A stretch of 64,000 nucleotides of DNA from an uncultured Ignavibacteriaceae bacterium (GTDB lineage: Bacteria > Zixibacteria > MSB-5A5 > GN15 > PGXB01): the NCBI GenBank assembly GCA_964507455.1, contig CAZDPY010000001.1, positions 280,855-344,854 of the forward strand, in the 5' to 3' direction. The notes under the pieces are model-generated. The model searched no databases, had not been told where the DNA came from, and saw only the letters and a program-made list of their open reading frames with translations. Shown piece by piece: positions 18,750 through 29,340 of this stretch. The translations under genes were made by a program, and so were the position numbers. The stretch's first letter is position 1, and every line of letters starts with the position of its first letter.

Positions 18750-19583
18750 CTATTTATTGGGCTTTTTGCCTGCGCCCAGTGCCTGCGTAATGCGATCCAG
18801 AATAATTGCCAGAATCACAATCGCAAACCCGGCTTCAAAGCCCAAGCCCACTTTCAACTGCGTAATTCCTTTTAAAACCTCCTGGCCTAGACCACCAGCT
18901 CCAATCATAGCCGCGATAACGACCATAGAGAGAGCCAGCATAATAGTCTGGTTGACACCGGCCAAAATTGTCGGCAGGGCCAGTGGAAGCTGAACCTTGT
19001 AAAGAACCTGTTTCGGAGTTGCTCCAAAGGCCTGAGCCGCTTCGACCACATCCTTCTGAACCTGCCTGATACCCAAATTGGTCAGGCGAACCACTGGAGG
19101 CATGGCGAAAACGACTGTAGCAACAACGCCGGGAACAGTGCCAAGGCTGAAAAACAGGACAGCCGGTATCAAATAAACAAAGGCCGGCATAGTCTGCATC
19201 GTATCCAGAATTGGCCTGGCAATGTTCTCTACCGTTTTGTTCCTCGCGGCAATGATACCCATTGGGATACCAAACACAAGTGCAACAATGGCAGAGGTCA
19301 AAACCAGAGCCAGAGTGACCATGGTTTCTTGCCAGAACCCCATACTGTAGATCAGCAGAAGCCCCACCAAAGTGAAAGCCGCAACACCCCGACTAACCAG
19401 CCACCAGGCCAGAATTGTAAATATTATTATAATTACAAACCACGGGATAAACATCAGCGATGTCTCAAAGGCATCGATAAACGCAGTCAAAACAAGGCTG
19501 ATAAAATCGAATAATCCGCTCAGATTATCGGTCAGCCAGTCGATAATGATCTCGACTACACCGCCTATATCAAGTCTGATCAT
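18750..19583 (-). CDS. proW: glycine betaine ABC transporter permease
   Basis: 277 aa, polytopic. EAA-like loop LTNLGIRQVQKDVVEAAQAFGATPKQVL. Overlaps proV by 14 nt. Confidence 0.88.
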   Translation of the reverse strand: MIRLDIGGVVEIIIDWLTDNLSGLFDFISLVLTAFIDAFETSLMFIPWFVIIIIFTILAWWLVSRGVAAFTLVGLLLIYSMGFWQETMVTLALVLTSAIVALVFGIPMGIIAARNKTVENIARPILDTMQTMPAFVYLIPAVLFFSLGTVPGVVATVVFAMPPVVRLTNLGIRQVQKDVVEAAQAFGATPKQVLYKVQLPLALPTILAGVNQTIMLALSMVVIAAMIGAGGLGQEVLKGITQLKVGLGFEAGFAIVILAIILDRITQALGAGKKPNK

Positions 19584-20829
19584 GGCTTTCCTCCTTTACA
19601 TCCTGCTCCTCCTGCTGGGCGACAGCCTCTTCTTCGGTCGGAGTTTCCTCACCCATAATTTCTGCGATTACCGAGGCGCGCATAACCAACCCATGAAGGC
19701 GATTATCTTCGTCGACAACGGCCACCGGGACATGCGTTTCCATTACCGACGGAAGCAGATCAACTACCGGGGTGTCAGGCGAGGTAGTCGGCATATCCTT
19801 TTTCAGAATTGATTCCAGTGTTTTGCCGTCTTTTTTCTTATGCAGCTTGACGGCATCGTCGATTGTCACATAGCCGCGAAAATCACGATTTTTGCCGGTG
19901 ACAACAAGTGACGAAATACCCATCTGCCGCATACGACGAATGGCAACTTCCGGGCCCTCTCTTGGCGATATCAATCGCTTCGGATAGTCAAACATCAAAG
20001 CCGAGGCGGTTATTACCTTGCTTCGATCGACATTCTGGACAAAGGAAGAAACATAATCATCGGCAGGGTCGGTCAGAATTTCTTCCGGCGTTCCTACCTG
20101 GACAACCAGGCCGTCCTTCATAATAGCAATTCTATCACCCAGTTTGAGTGCCTCGTCAAGATCATGTGTAATAAACACAATAGTCTTCTGCATTTTATGC
20201 TGAAGATCTATCAGTTCATCCTGCATCTGTGTCCGAATAAGCGGATCGAGAGCACTAAAAGCCTCATCCATCAACAAAATATCCGGGTCGGTAGCCAGTG
20301 CTCTAGCCAGTCCGACACGCTGCTGCATGCCGCCGGAAAGTTCACCGGTCATCATTTCTTCGTAGCCTTCAAGTCCCACCAGTTTAATCGTCTCGTAGGC
20401 TTTTTCTTTCCTTACCGATGGATCAACTTTCTGTATTTCAAGCCCGAAAGCAACATTGTCGCTTACCCTGCGGTGAGGCAGGAGCCCGAAATGCTGGAAG
20501 ACCATGTTCATTTTAGTCCGCCTGAGCTCGCGGAGCTTCAATTCATCAACTTCCATGATGTTGGTATCATCGAGAAAGATAGCGCCTGAGGTCGGTTCCC
20601 ACAATCGATTGATGCACCTTAGTACAGTCGATTTACCGGAGCCGGAAAGACCCATTACGACAAATGTCTCACCTTTCTCTATCTCGAAGGTGGCATTGTT
20701 GATTGCTACGGTGCATCCCGTTTCTTCGAGTACCTCCGCTTTGGACTTGCCCTGTTTGGACAATTTCAAAGCTGTTTTGGGATGCGGGCCGAATATTTTA
20801 TAAAGGCCCTCAATCCTGAGCTGTGCCAT
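19570..20829 (-). CDS. proV: glycine betaine ABC transporter ATPase with tandem CBS domains
   Basis: 419 aa. Walker A GLSGSGKST, signature LSGGMQQRVGLARAL, Walker B ILLMDEAFSALD, and a C-terminal CBS pair. Confidence 0.92.
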   Translation of the reverse strand: MAQLRIEGLYKIFGPHPKTALKLSKQGKSKAEVLEETGCTVAINNATFEIEKGETFVVMGLSGSGKSTVLRCINRLWEPTSGAIFLDDTNIMEVDELKLRELRRTKMNMVFQHFGLLPHRRVSDNVAFGLEIQKVDPSVRKEKAYETIKLVGLEGYEEMMTGELSGGMQQRVGLARALATDPDILLMDEAFSALDPLIRTQMQDELIDLQHKMQKTIVFITHDLDEALKLGDRIAIMKDGLVVQVGTPEEILTDPADDYVSSFVQNVDRSKVITASALMFDYPKRLISPREGPEVAIRRMRQMGISSLVVTGKNRDFRGYVTIDDAVKLHKKKDGKTLESILKKDMPTTSPDTPVVDLLPSVMETHVPVAVVDEDNRLHGLVMRASVIAEIMGEETPTEEEAVAQQEEQDVKEESHDQT

Positions 20830-20863
20830 GATAAATAAATCCCGCGTTTAAATTCTGTATTTC

Positions 20864-22036
20864 TTAGAAGTAATATCCAAAGTTGATGTTAAATCGCATG
20901 TGCCAGTCTTCGGCACCTTCGGCCAAAGCAGAGCCGTAATCGGGACCTAACCACGGATGGCTTTCGCCCATGGCGACGTCCACATAAGTATAAACACTGC
21001 CGGCAGTTACCATCACACCGAGAATGTTATTCTGCGAATCGATGAAATCATCTTCGGTCTTGTCCATAAGGGTATAATCATTATAAAAGGTCAGATTCGT
21101 GATCGGACCCCAACTGACCGGAACCGAATAACTTAATCCGGCCACGTAGAAAATACCTTCACGGGCAACATAATACGGAAAATCATAAGCACCCATTTCG
21201 ACGACTTTTTTCATGTATTCCTTCTCGGAATCGGAAATTTCCATATTATCGATTTCAGTATCATCGGGATCGAAATTGTAAGCAATGACTTCGGCCTTGA
21301 GATTAAAGCCCTCGAGATTGGCATTAATATGACCGGCAAAGGCATAGCGGCTGCCGGTTTCGGCCGTGGCACTGTTATAAAGCTGGCCGTACATACCGGA
21401 GACACCGAAAGTATGTCCTTTGAACTTATAAACCAGACGTGCATTGAACTGATTAGTTTCCATATTGCTGGTCATGGTGGTTGGGACTACATCATAAGAA
21501 TACCTGGCGCTGGCAACGCTGCTGCCGGTATAGTGACCTTCGTCATTCTTGTAAAAGGCAACTCCAAGACCGATCGGGTCGCCGTTGTATACTACCTTAA
21601 GTCCCAGGTCGTAATCATCTTCGAAACCAACGTAGTACGGAAGCTGGAAAAACCAGTTATGTGAGGCGTACTTCAGAATACCAAACGGTACCTGGCTGAC
21701 ACCAAACTGCATCTGGGTTTCATCATTGAAATTGTAACCGATCCAACCATGGTGAATCATATGATAGCCGGCATAGAAGCGGTATTCGGCGGAAATGATC
21801 ATTTGTTTGTATGTTCCGTCGACATTGAAACGGAAAGTGTCGAATCCGAGATCACCGCCGCGATCCTGGTTACCTTCCTGGCCGTCCCAGTCTTTGTAGA
21901 AATAGTTCCAGCGTAAAGCACCACCGATATTAATGCCGTCATCCTGGGCAAAAGCAAAAATCGGCAGCATGCAGATTACCAACGTGAATATTAATGCTTT
22001 GTTTGAAATCTTTAGCAAAGTCTTTGAATAATTCAT
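20864..22036 (-). CDS. outer-membrane beta-barrel porin, first gene of the proVWX cluster
   Basis: 390 aa. Signal peptide (..LPIFAFAQDD), amphipathic beta pattern, C-terminal NINFGYYF. Confidence 0.7.
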   Translation of the reverse strand: MNYSKTLLKISNKALIFTLVICMLPIFAFAQDDGINIGGALRWNYFYKDWDGQEGNQDRGGDLGFDTFRFNVDGTYKQMIISAEYRFYAGYHMIHHGWIGYNFNDETQMQFGVSQVPFGILKYASHNWFFQLPYYVGFEDDYDLGLKVVYNGDPIGLGVAFYKNDEGHYTGSSVASARYSYDVVPTTMTSNMETNQFNARLVYKFKGHTFGVSGMYGQLYNSATAETGSRYAFAGHINANLEGFNLKAEVIAYNFDPDDTEIDNMEISDSEKEYMKKVVEMGAYDFPYYVAREGIFYVAGLSYSVPVSWGPITNLTFYNDYTLMDKTEDDFIDSQNNILGVMVTAGSVYTYVDVAMGESHPWLGPDYGSALAEGAEDWHMRFNINFGYYF

Positions 22037-22068
22037 TACTCTCCTTGCCTTTTTACGTTAAAATAAAA

Positions 22069-22093
22069 TTGTATAATTTGCATCATTATACAA
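22069..22093 (-). promoter_or_regulatory. palindrome overlapping a TATAAT box upstream of the porin/proVWX cluster
   Basis: TTGTATAAT-TTGCATC-ATTATACAA, a 9-bp arm dyad. On the minus strand the TATAAT lies about 50 nt upstream of the ATG. Candidate promoter plus operator. Confidence 0.4.
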
Positions 22094-22460
22094 GTTACAT
22101 ACCTAGTAATGAAGCATAATGACCACAGACTTTAATGCGGGACAAGTTGTTAGCCCCTGATGGTTTTCATGAAGAAATGAATAGCCTGAACTCGATTATA
22201 ACCTCGTTGCTTGTGTAACCTCCTTTCTCGAAAAAAGTTCCGCAGTTATGCTAATATTATTGTCAATAAGCGTATAACTTATGGTAAAATTAGCAGTTTT
22301 GCAACATTTATCTCAAAATATCGGATAAATACGTGCAATCCGTTTATACAGTTGTACTTATGGGGGTTGTAATATCGATCGCGAATACTGTTTTACATCG
22401 ATTAAATCATCATGATGCATAATAATGCAATATTGGACAACTATATAGATGATATAGTGC

Positions 22461-24611
22461 TTAGCGCATGTATATTATCAACCTGGTATATTCATCGCAT
22501 GAATAATCGCCAAAAACATAATCACATGCAATATCTTGATCAATTCGCCTGTAGGCCATATCCATATTGCCGCATACTTGCGTGCCCTCTCGCATAAACT
22601 GTAGATTGAATCCATAATCCGGAGTTGTGACCGGAATATCGGAGGCACTGACCCAGAGAGTATCGACAAAATGGCTGGCAGAATCATTGCGCACCCGAAG
22701 CATCTCCACGGAGGCCATAGTCTTTTCAGGGTTTAGAGTTACGGTTACCTCGTCATGGTAATCAACGCCGTATGAAGTATATTCTCTCGTCCCGGTAAAC
22801 GTATTATTTGTCGTACTGCCGTAAATTGAGGCAAAAGACCAAAAATTAGAGCTTCCCCCCGGGTAACCGGAACAGGTATCGGGTATAAAAGCCAGATCTA
22901 CCCAGATGGAACCGAGCGTTACAGTTACATCATTGAGCTCACTGGCCTCGTCGCAGCGCTGCATTGTAACTGTAATTGTCGATGAATCAGTGTATGGTTC
23001 CGCGTCGTTACAGTTAACAGCAGCAATTAGTAACTGTTTACCCGCTTCCCTGTAGCCCTGCAGGTTGTATAGCGTAATGGATGAGGTTCCGCCGCGAATA
23101 TAGCGCGCTTGCGATTCATCAACATGGAAGGCAAGGAGCAGTGCATCATCAGTAGAAAGTTCCGGACTTGAAATCTCAACTACCAGGCTGTCATGCTCGC
23201 TCATATCATATCCGAGATTTACGGCGTACAGCCCGGCAGAAAGGTCAGGGTACTTGCCTGTAAATGTCGCCATCGTATCGGTACTGTCATTAATCCAGAA
23301 GATATCTTTTACATGATTAATAAATGTATCGGGCGGAACATCGTAAATATTACTTTGGATATAATCCTTCAAAAACTCCCGGTACCAGATATCAGCAGGG
23401 TACTGCATTGAAAGAAGCAGTGCCGTCGTCGGATCGATTCCGTTTATCATGCGTTCATACGTCAATCCGAGGTTATCTGCCTCGTCCCGATCGTCCCAGG
23501 AATCGGTAATGTATTTAATAACCGCAGCCATACCAAATCCATGATCGCGTGATTCAGCCGGAGTAGAGCCGCATCCGGCTTCAAGGCCATTAAAGGGCGC
23601 CATTTCATGGCCCTTGAAATCAGAAGGAATATACGCCGATGCTGAAGAAAAGAGCTCTTCGATCCATACGCCAAAGGCCTTATGCAACCAGTGTTCCGAG
23701 GGATCATCATACGGTCTCTCGTAACTGTATGGAATATGATCAAAAAGCACGCGTCCCGCGATCGGCTCGTATTCCGGAAGTTCCGGGGCGGTACCGGGAT
23801 TCATGTAGTACGCATTAAAATCAAGCGCCGAAACATATCTGCCTGCGAAAAGTTGCACCCGTGCGTATCCTAAGCATTCCGGGGGCTCCATGTTTTCTTC
23901 AATGACAGCATCTATTTTTGTGTACAATTCAATTTCACCAGGGGTTAGATTGCATCCTCTTGCAGTCAATGTATCATGAGCTTCCTCGAGATAATCCGTG
24001 ACCGGTATTCCCCACATGAATTCCGGTGCTACGTAGTAAAAATTCTCGCTTATTATTGTACGGTATTTGGTTGTGCCCTTTATAAAGCGCTCAAAGGCTG
24101 TACCTGCAATTTTATGCGCTCCGGATGAGAGATTATTTGAAGGCATATTACAGGTCAGCCAGCCCGAGGAATCCTGCGCCGTCAATAAGCGATATCCCAT
24201 AGCGGTATCACCCGTTGAAGGTACATATGTTTTCCAGCCGAGAACTACGAAACTTTCTTCGACCAGTGAGCCGGAATATTTTAGCCCTATTTTAAGTGAG
24301 CTGTCCATGGTTTCGGGGAGACCATCTATTCGGTAAGATGGAGTTATATCCTGGCTGTCGAATATTTCTTCATCGGCCGATTGATAGACAGAAATTGGGG
24401 TATTTGATGTCAGAGCACCGGCCGGAATGGTAAGTTCAAAATTGTCGGTGGTTATAGCTCCCCCGGATGTCCCAATAGTATCAACTGCAATTTGTTGAAA
24501 TCCGGTGGGATCACCATTGGAACCGGTTGAATTGTCTTTATCGGAACATCCCCAAAACAGGAAAAGCCCCGCAATTATTAATATTGCCGAAAGGGAAATT
24601 AATCTAAGCAT
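22461..24611 (-). CDS. large lipoprotein of unknown function
   Basis: 716 aa with lipobox LFLFWGC followed by SDKDNS. No recognisable catalytic motif. Confidence 0.7.
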   Translation of the reverse strand: MLRLISLSAILIIAGLFLFWGCSDKDNSTGSNGDPTGFQQIAVDTIGTSGGAITTDNFELTIPAGALTSNTPISVYQSADEEIFDSQDITPSYRIDGLPETMDSSLKIGLKYSGSLVEESFVVLGWKTYVPSTGDTAMGYRLLTAQDSSGWLTCNMPSNNLSSGAHKIAGTAFERFIKGTTKYRTIISENFYYVAPEFMWGIPVTDYLEEAHDTLTARGCNLTPGEIELYTKIDAVIEENMEPPECLGYARVQLFAGRYVSALDFNAYYMNPGTAPELPEYEPIAGRVLFDHIPYSYERPYDDPSEHWLHKAFGVWIEELFSSASAYIPSDFKGHEMAPFNGLEAGCGSTPAESRDHGFGMAAVIKYITDSWDDRDEADNLGLTYERMINGIDPTTALLLSMQYPADIWYREFLKDYIQSNIYDVPPDTFINHVKDIFWINDSTDTMATFTGKYPDLSAGLYAVNLGYDMSEHDSLVVEISSPELSTDDALLLAFHVDESQARYIRGGTSSITLYNLQGYREAGKQLLIAAVNCNDAEPYTDSSTITVTMQRCDEASELNDVTVTLGSIWVDLAFIPDTCSGYPGGSSNFWSFASIYGSTTNNTFTGTREYTSYGVDYHDEVTVTLNPEKTMASVEMLRVRNDSASHFVDTLWVSASDIPVTTPDYGFNLQFMREGTQVCGNMDMAYRRIDQDIACDYVFGDYSCDEYTRLIIYMR

Positions 24612-24787
24612 GACACCTGGTGAGTTAAAGCCGCAATTTTGCAGGAAAATGCATCAAAATATAGTATTTGTCAATATGAATCCGATTTTATAAGTCTAAC
24701 TTAAGGGTTGAGTTATATAAAAGGAATATGTTACCCCTGATTCGTTTCAATGAACCGAATTGGACAAAATTATCCACATCTTTAGTA

Positions 24788-26809
24788 CTACACCAGTTCC
24801 CTTGGAATTACCTCGTGCCAGCTTTTACAGAAAAAGCGGCGTTCTCCCTGATATGCATCAAGATCGGCGTGTAGATAAAAATTTGTTGCAGATGACGTGA
24901 GCACCGTGCGTGTAACAGTTCGGGCTCGCCAGTCACCGCGCTTGAAAATCGATTCCCAATGTATCTCACCCCGGGCCGATTGGGGATCATCGTTGTTGAT
25001 TGTGTACTTTTCAGTCGACCGTTTGGTAAGTTCAAGATCAATATCTTTGATGTGTATCGTACCACGATTATTGGCCACCAATAATGTTGATGTATCAACA
25101 GCAAGGTCACGAACAACCTTCCATCCGTAATCCGGTGGTTCAACCATTATTTCTTTGCCGGATGGGGCCACCTCGGGTTCGGGGTATTTTCGCAGTGATT
25201 CATCATCTGTTGAAGGCGGACGTATCGGGAGGTATAATTTCGATGCACCGGTAAAGACAGTCAAACGCGTCAATTCGGGTGGGGTCCAGGCCAGCGGCCA
25301 GTACGAGGTCGAGAGAGCAAGTCGTATTCGATGTCCCGATGGAAACGAATGGGCGACGCCGTTCATTCTAATCTTCACCCTGTATTTTTTGCCCGGTTCG
25401 AGCGGTTCGGGGTATTCATGGCTATCGCGATGAGTCAGGTTTAAGATACCATATGTCACACGGGTCGCGCGGTGATCAGAGGCAATATCGGTTAATCTCG
25501 CCGCCACCATAGCGACCGGCTTCTCGGAAGAAAATTCCAGTTCAACTTCGGGCGCCCCCATAATTTCAACCGGATCTTTCAATGGTCCGCTGTCGAAAAC
25601 CAGAGCCCCACCATCCTCTTCGCGTTGGTCGCTGGGCAAATCCGGCGGTGCGGCATAAGAGCACCATTTACCGGCGAACAGCCCCAACCGCAAGGGAGAT
25701 TGAACCGTAATCGGGACCTCGTTGACATCCTCGTCGCGGCCGGCAATTCGAGCAATGGCTAGAGGAAACTGACCTATCTCGATTCTTGGCGACGGCCATT
25801 TGTTTTCTGCGACCCATCTTCCGGGACGATTTTCATAGCTTGTCGTCGGCGGAACACTGTCCTGCATCCAGACACGAAGCATCGGGTCGGTATCTATTCC
25901 GGTATCTTTTCCTTTAAGCCATTTATCCCACCACCTGAGAGATTCCTGAAGAAAACCTATTGCCGGGCCCGGGATACCAAGATGCGGGTACTTATGGCTC
26001 CACGGCCCGATAAGGCCGCGGCGCGGAACCTTAAGACCTTTTAGAAGACGAAAGACGGCATTGGAATATCCGTCGGCCCATCCGCTTACCGCCATTACCG
26101 GACATTGTACGGCATCAAAATCTTCGCATATCGATCCATGTTTCCAGTAGCTGTCGCGGTGTTGGTGTCTCAACCATGTATTCAGCCAAAGACCGCTTTT
26201 TTCAAGGCGTTCCCGCCACATATCCTTCCATCGGTCGCCGACAATTTCCGGATCCGGCGGATTGGAATTTCGGTCAAACATGATCGACGCCCATGAGAGA
26301 TTGTCACCCAGAAGACAGCCGCCCATGTAGTGGACATCATCGGCATAACGATCGTCGGTGGCACATATGGAAATAACAGCTTTCAGCTCCGGCGGTCGAC
26401 GAGCCGCTATCTGGAGCCCATTAAAGCCTCCCCAGGATATCCCAATCATGCCAACCTCGCCGCTGCACCACGGTTGGGCGGCAATCCAGCGGAGAATCTC
26501 TACACCGTCATCGAGCTCTTTTTGAAGATATTCATCCTTTAGAATGCCTTCGGATTCGCCGCTTCCGCGAATATCGACTCTAAGGCAGGCATAACCATGC
26601 CCCGCAAAATAACCATGGATTTGTGAGTCGCGCGATCTCTTGCTGTCACGTTTGCGGTAAGGGATATATTCCAAAATAGCCGGAACCGGCTTTTCTTCGG
26701 CGCCTTCTGGAATCCAGACTCGTGCCGCCAGACGGACGTCGTCAGGCATTGGAATCCACATATTTTCAATTTCTTTGTACTTGAAAGGGAGATCTTTAAC
26801 AACTTTCAA
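24788..26809 (-). CDS. CocE/NonD-family (peptidase S15, X-Pro dipeptidyl-peptidase-like) hydrolase
   Basis: The ORF track extends to 26965, but that N-terminus overlaps the upstream gene. I place the start at TTG 26809, preceded by AGGAG (26820-26816). Motifs ILEYIPYRKRD, GISWGG (nucleophile elbow), and a C-terminal beta-sandwich region. Confidence 0.85.
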   Translation of the reverse strand: MKVVKDLPFKYKEIENMWIPMPDDVRLAARVWIPEGAEEKPVPAILEYIPYRKRDSKRSRDSQIHGYFAGHGYACLRVDIRGSGESEGILKDEYLQKELDDGVEILRWIAAQPWCSGEVGMIGISWGGFNGLQIAARRPPELKAVISICATDDRYADDVHYMGGCLLGDNLSWASIMFDRNSNPPDPEIVGDRWKDMWRERLEKSGLWLNTWLRHQHRDSYWKHGSICEDFDAVQCPVMAVSGWADGYSNAVFRLLKGLKVPRRGLIGPWSHKYPHLGIPGPAIGFLQESLRWWDKWLKGKDTGIDTDPMLRVWMQDSVPPTTSYENRPGRWVAENKWPSPRIEIGQFPLAIARIAGRDEDVNEVPITVQSPLRLGLFAGKWCSYAAPPDLPSDQREEDGGALVFDSGPLKDPVEIMGAPEVELEFSSEKPVAMVAARLTDIASDHRATRVTYGILNLTHRDSHEYPEPLEPGKKYRVKIRMNGVAHSFPSGHRIRLALSTSYWPLAWTPPELTRLTVFTGASKLYLPIRPPSTDDESLRKYPEPEVAPSGKEIMVEPPDYGWKVVRDLAVDTSTLLVANNRGTIHIKDIDLELTKRSTEKYTINNDDPQSARGEIHWESIFKRGDWRARTVTRTVLTSSATNFYLHADLDAYQGERRFFCKSWHEVIPRELV

Positions 26810-26819
26810 AAGCGACTCC

Positions 26820-28112
26820 TCAGATTCGAATTTTATTGCAATCGACACGATAATCCAGGATTTCCAGACACCGTTTATACTTATCAATGAGTCTATCTTC
26901 ATTTTCTGCCGCCAGATAAATGACGGCGAGGCGGTAACTATAACTATCCTGATCGGGGACATCATCGAGCGGCATGTCCTGTTTGCCTTCAGGGAGTATC
27001 GCGGCTTCGGGGATTTCTTCGGCTACCCGGTCAAGTTCTTCCCGGCCCGGAGCATTGGTGATTGTCTTGCCTTCGAAAGTCCTCAAATGAAATTTCGCGG
27101 CGCATTTAAAATCGCCTTCGTTTCGCGGGAATTCCGGACGGTGACCGAGAGAGAGTTCGACAAGAACCTGGTGATTGGAAGAGCCGTCAACCTTTTCAAA
27201 AAGGTATGAATGAGACTGCGATATTCGAGTATTAATTTCCAGCAGCCAGATTTTGTCGGTTTCTTCGTGATAGAAGAATTCAATATTGAAAGGCGAATTA
27301 TCGAATCCAATATAGGCCATAACTCTTTCGGCTATATCACTCATCCGCTCATAAACCTTTTCCGGCAGTACCGAAGGATATTGATATCGATAAAAAGACG
27401 GGCTGTCCGGATAGTTTATAGAACTGATCAGCCCGTAAGTTTGCACTCTTCCACCGTAGACGTATCCTGCAAGAGTGCATTGATGTCCATTTATTGTTTT
27501 TTCTGCAATACAGTAGTAACCATCGATTTCCCCCAGTTCTTCCGGCAAATCAATAAGTGAGAGAACGTAGTTAAACGGCTCGCCAAACTTTTCGATTTCT
27601 TTGCCGATTTTTTGAATAGCTTCACTGAATTGCCTGTCGTTTTCAACCTTGAAGCCCAGTTTTGAGGCGTATGCCTTGATAGGTTTAAGCCAGATTGGAT
27701 AGTCGATATTTTTTTCCGAAAGAGATTTATCTTTAAACGGGTCTATGGCTGCAAAATCGGGCACATGCTCGCCGATTACTTTTCTCTGCTCCAGGCGGCT
27801 CCAGTACTTATGCTCGCACTTTACTACACTTCGCAGATTCGGTCCGCTGGCTTCAAACCGATTGGCTAAAATTGGAACCATGATACTAACTGGAAAATCC
27901 CAGAAACCTATTACAGCATCAATTGATCCTTCGAATTCAAGAAGCTGGTTGCCCGCTTTTTCAAGGCCCTCTCGTATGGGATAAAAACCTTCCGCTTTTA
28001 CTTCCGCCAATCGAAGCAGTCGATGGAAATTGTACTGTTCCGCATTGCGGATATTATTCAGACGTTCCAGATTAAAATCATCGAGCCCGACAATAAATAT
28101 ATTTTTTGCCAT
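26820..28112 (-). CDS. ATP-grasp domain enzyme (ligase of unknown substrate)
   Basis: 430 aa. WLKPIKAYASKLGF..., YCIAEKTINGHQCTLAGYV..., and FNIEFFYHEETDKIWLLEINTRISQSHS, an ATP-grasp C-terminal motif. Confidence 0.8.
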   Translation of the reverse strand: MAKNIFIVGLDDFNLERLNNIRNAEQYNFHRLLRLAEVKAEGFYPIREGLEKAGNQLLEFEGSIDAVIGFWDFPVSIMVPILANRFEASGPNLRSVVKCEHKYWSRLEQRKVIGEHVPDFAAIDPFKDKSLSEKNIDYPIWLKPIKAYASKLGFKVENDRQFSEAIQKIGKEIEKFGEPFNYVLSLIDLPEELGEIDGYYCIAEKTINGHQCTLAGYVYGGRVQTYGLISSINYPDSPSFYRYQYPSVLPEKVYERMSDIAERVMAYIGFDNSPFNIEFFYHEETDKIWLLEINTRISQSHSYLFEKVDGSSNHQVLVELSLGHRPEFPRNEGDFKCAAKFHLRTFEGKTITNAPGREELDRVAEEIPEAAILPEGKQDMPLDDVPDQDSYSYRLAVIYLAAENEDRLIDKYKRCLEILDYRVDCNKIRI

Positions 28113-28438
28113 TTATATGCCCTACCTTCCATTTACCATGCCGGCTTATTCATAGACGATTAATAATTTGATGAAAGTGCTATATCGAACCTGATGATCG
28201 CCCTGCCATGTTTGTACATAGAACGATTTCAATATGTAAAGGTTCGCAATTTTTTTTAAGATAATGATTTATAAATCAATGGATTAATTAAAAATCTCTG
28301 GATGATTTCGGGAACAACACTTGACCGCCGGTTGTTTTTATTTCGATTGAAATATGACCCGGATAACCAGCCACCAAAGGCGAGTTGTATCCGACGGTCT
28401 CGATAGGCAAATTATAATCAAATATAAAGGACATATCG

Positions 28439-29308
28439 ATGAACCAAAATATTCTTATCACCGGTGCCGGCAAGGGATTCGGAAGATTGACCGCAGAAAC
28501 ATTATTGAAAGCCAAATACAATGTTTTTGCTTCGATGCGCGAAGCTAACGGCCGCAATGCCGAAAACGCCGCTGCTCTTAAAAAGCTGGGAGCCGAAATT
28601 GTCGAAATAGATGTAACCGACGATAATAGTGTCGAAACGGGCGTGGCCGATGTACTAAAGCAGGCAAAACATATCGATGTCCTCATAAACAACGCCGGGG
28701 TGGGTGCTATTGGGTGGCAGGAGGCATTTACCATTGAAGACTGGCAAAGAATCTTCGACCTCAATGTCTTTGGAGTTCAGCGCATGAATCGTGCCGTTTT
28801 GCCGCATATGAGAGAAAGATTCGACGGATTGATAATACATGTATCCAGTTTGCTGGGTCGTTTCTGCCTGCCCTTTTTCGGACCGTACAACGCCTCCAAA
28901 CATGCCCTGGAAGCACTGGCCGATAATTATCGGGTGGAGCTTTCCGGAGCCGGTATCGAATCGATTATTGTTGAGCCGGGTGCCTACGGAACCAGCTTTC
29001 AGACCAGTTTGGTACATTCGAGCGATAAGCAGCGCGCTGAATCGTACGGTGAGTTTGCCGAAGCACCTCAAAAACAGATGATGGAATTTGAGAAAAATTT
29101 CGAGGAAGGCAATGCCCCCGACCCGCAGATGGTTGCCGATACAGTACTGAATTTGATTGAACTGCCCCGCGGACGGAGACCTTTTAGAACCATAGTCGAG
29201 GGCATGGGCATGGGTGAGCCGATCGAGAAATACAACCAGGCCGCATCCCAGATGACAACCAGTATCTACAGCGCCATAGGTATCGATAAGATGCTTAAAG
29301 TCATGTAG
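28439..29308 (+). CDS. SDR-family oxidoreductase
   Basis: 289 aa with TGAGKGFG, NNAG and YNASK. Confidence 0.9.
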   Translation: MNQNILITGAGKGFGRLTAETLLKAKYNVFASMREANGRNAENAAALKKLGAEIVEIDVTDDNSVETGVADVLKQAKHIDVLINNAGVGAIGWQEAFTIEDWQRIFDLNVFGVQRMNRAVLPHMRERFDGLIIHVSSLLGRFCLPFFGPYNASKHALEALADNYRVELSGAGIESIIVEPGAYGTSFQTSLVHSSDKQRAESYGEFAEAPQKQMMEFEKNFEEGNAPDPQMVADTVLNLIELPRGRRPFRTIVEGMGMGEPIEKYNQAASQMTTSIYSAIGIDKMLKVM

Positions 29309-29340
29309 GGAATATTGAAAAAAAAATTATTGTATACGTT

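Noticed and set aside
22094-22460. A possible riboswitch or long leader upstream of the porin/proVWX cluster.
   Set aside because: A TATAAT box with an overlapping dyad sits only about 50 nt from the ATG, so most of the gap is probably upstream of the promoter. I recognise no riboswitch core motifs.
26810-26965. The N-terminal 52-aa extension of the CocE/NonD ORF given by the ORF track.
   Set aside because: It overlaps the 3' end of the ATP-grasp gene in another frame and has no RBS. The conserved family N-terminus (KVVKDLPFKYKEIENMWIPMPD) begins right after a TTG that is preceded by AGGAG.
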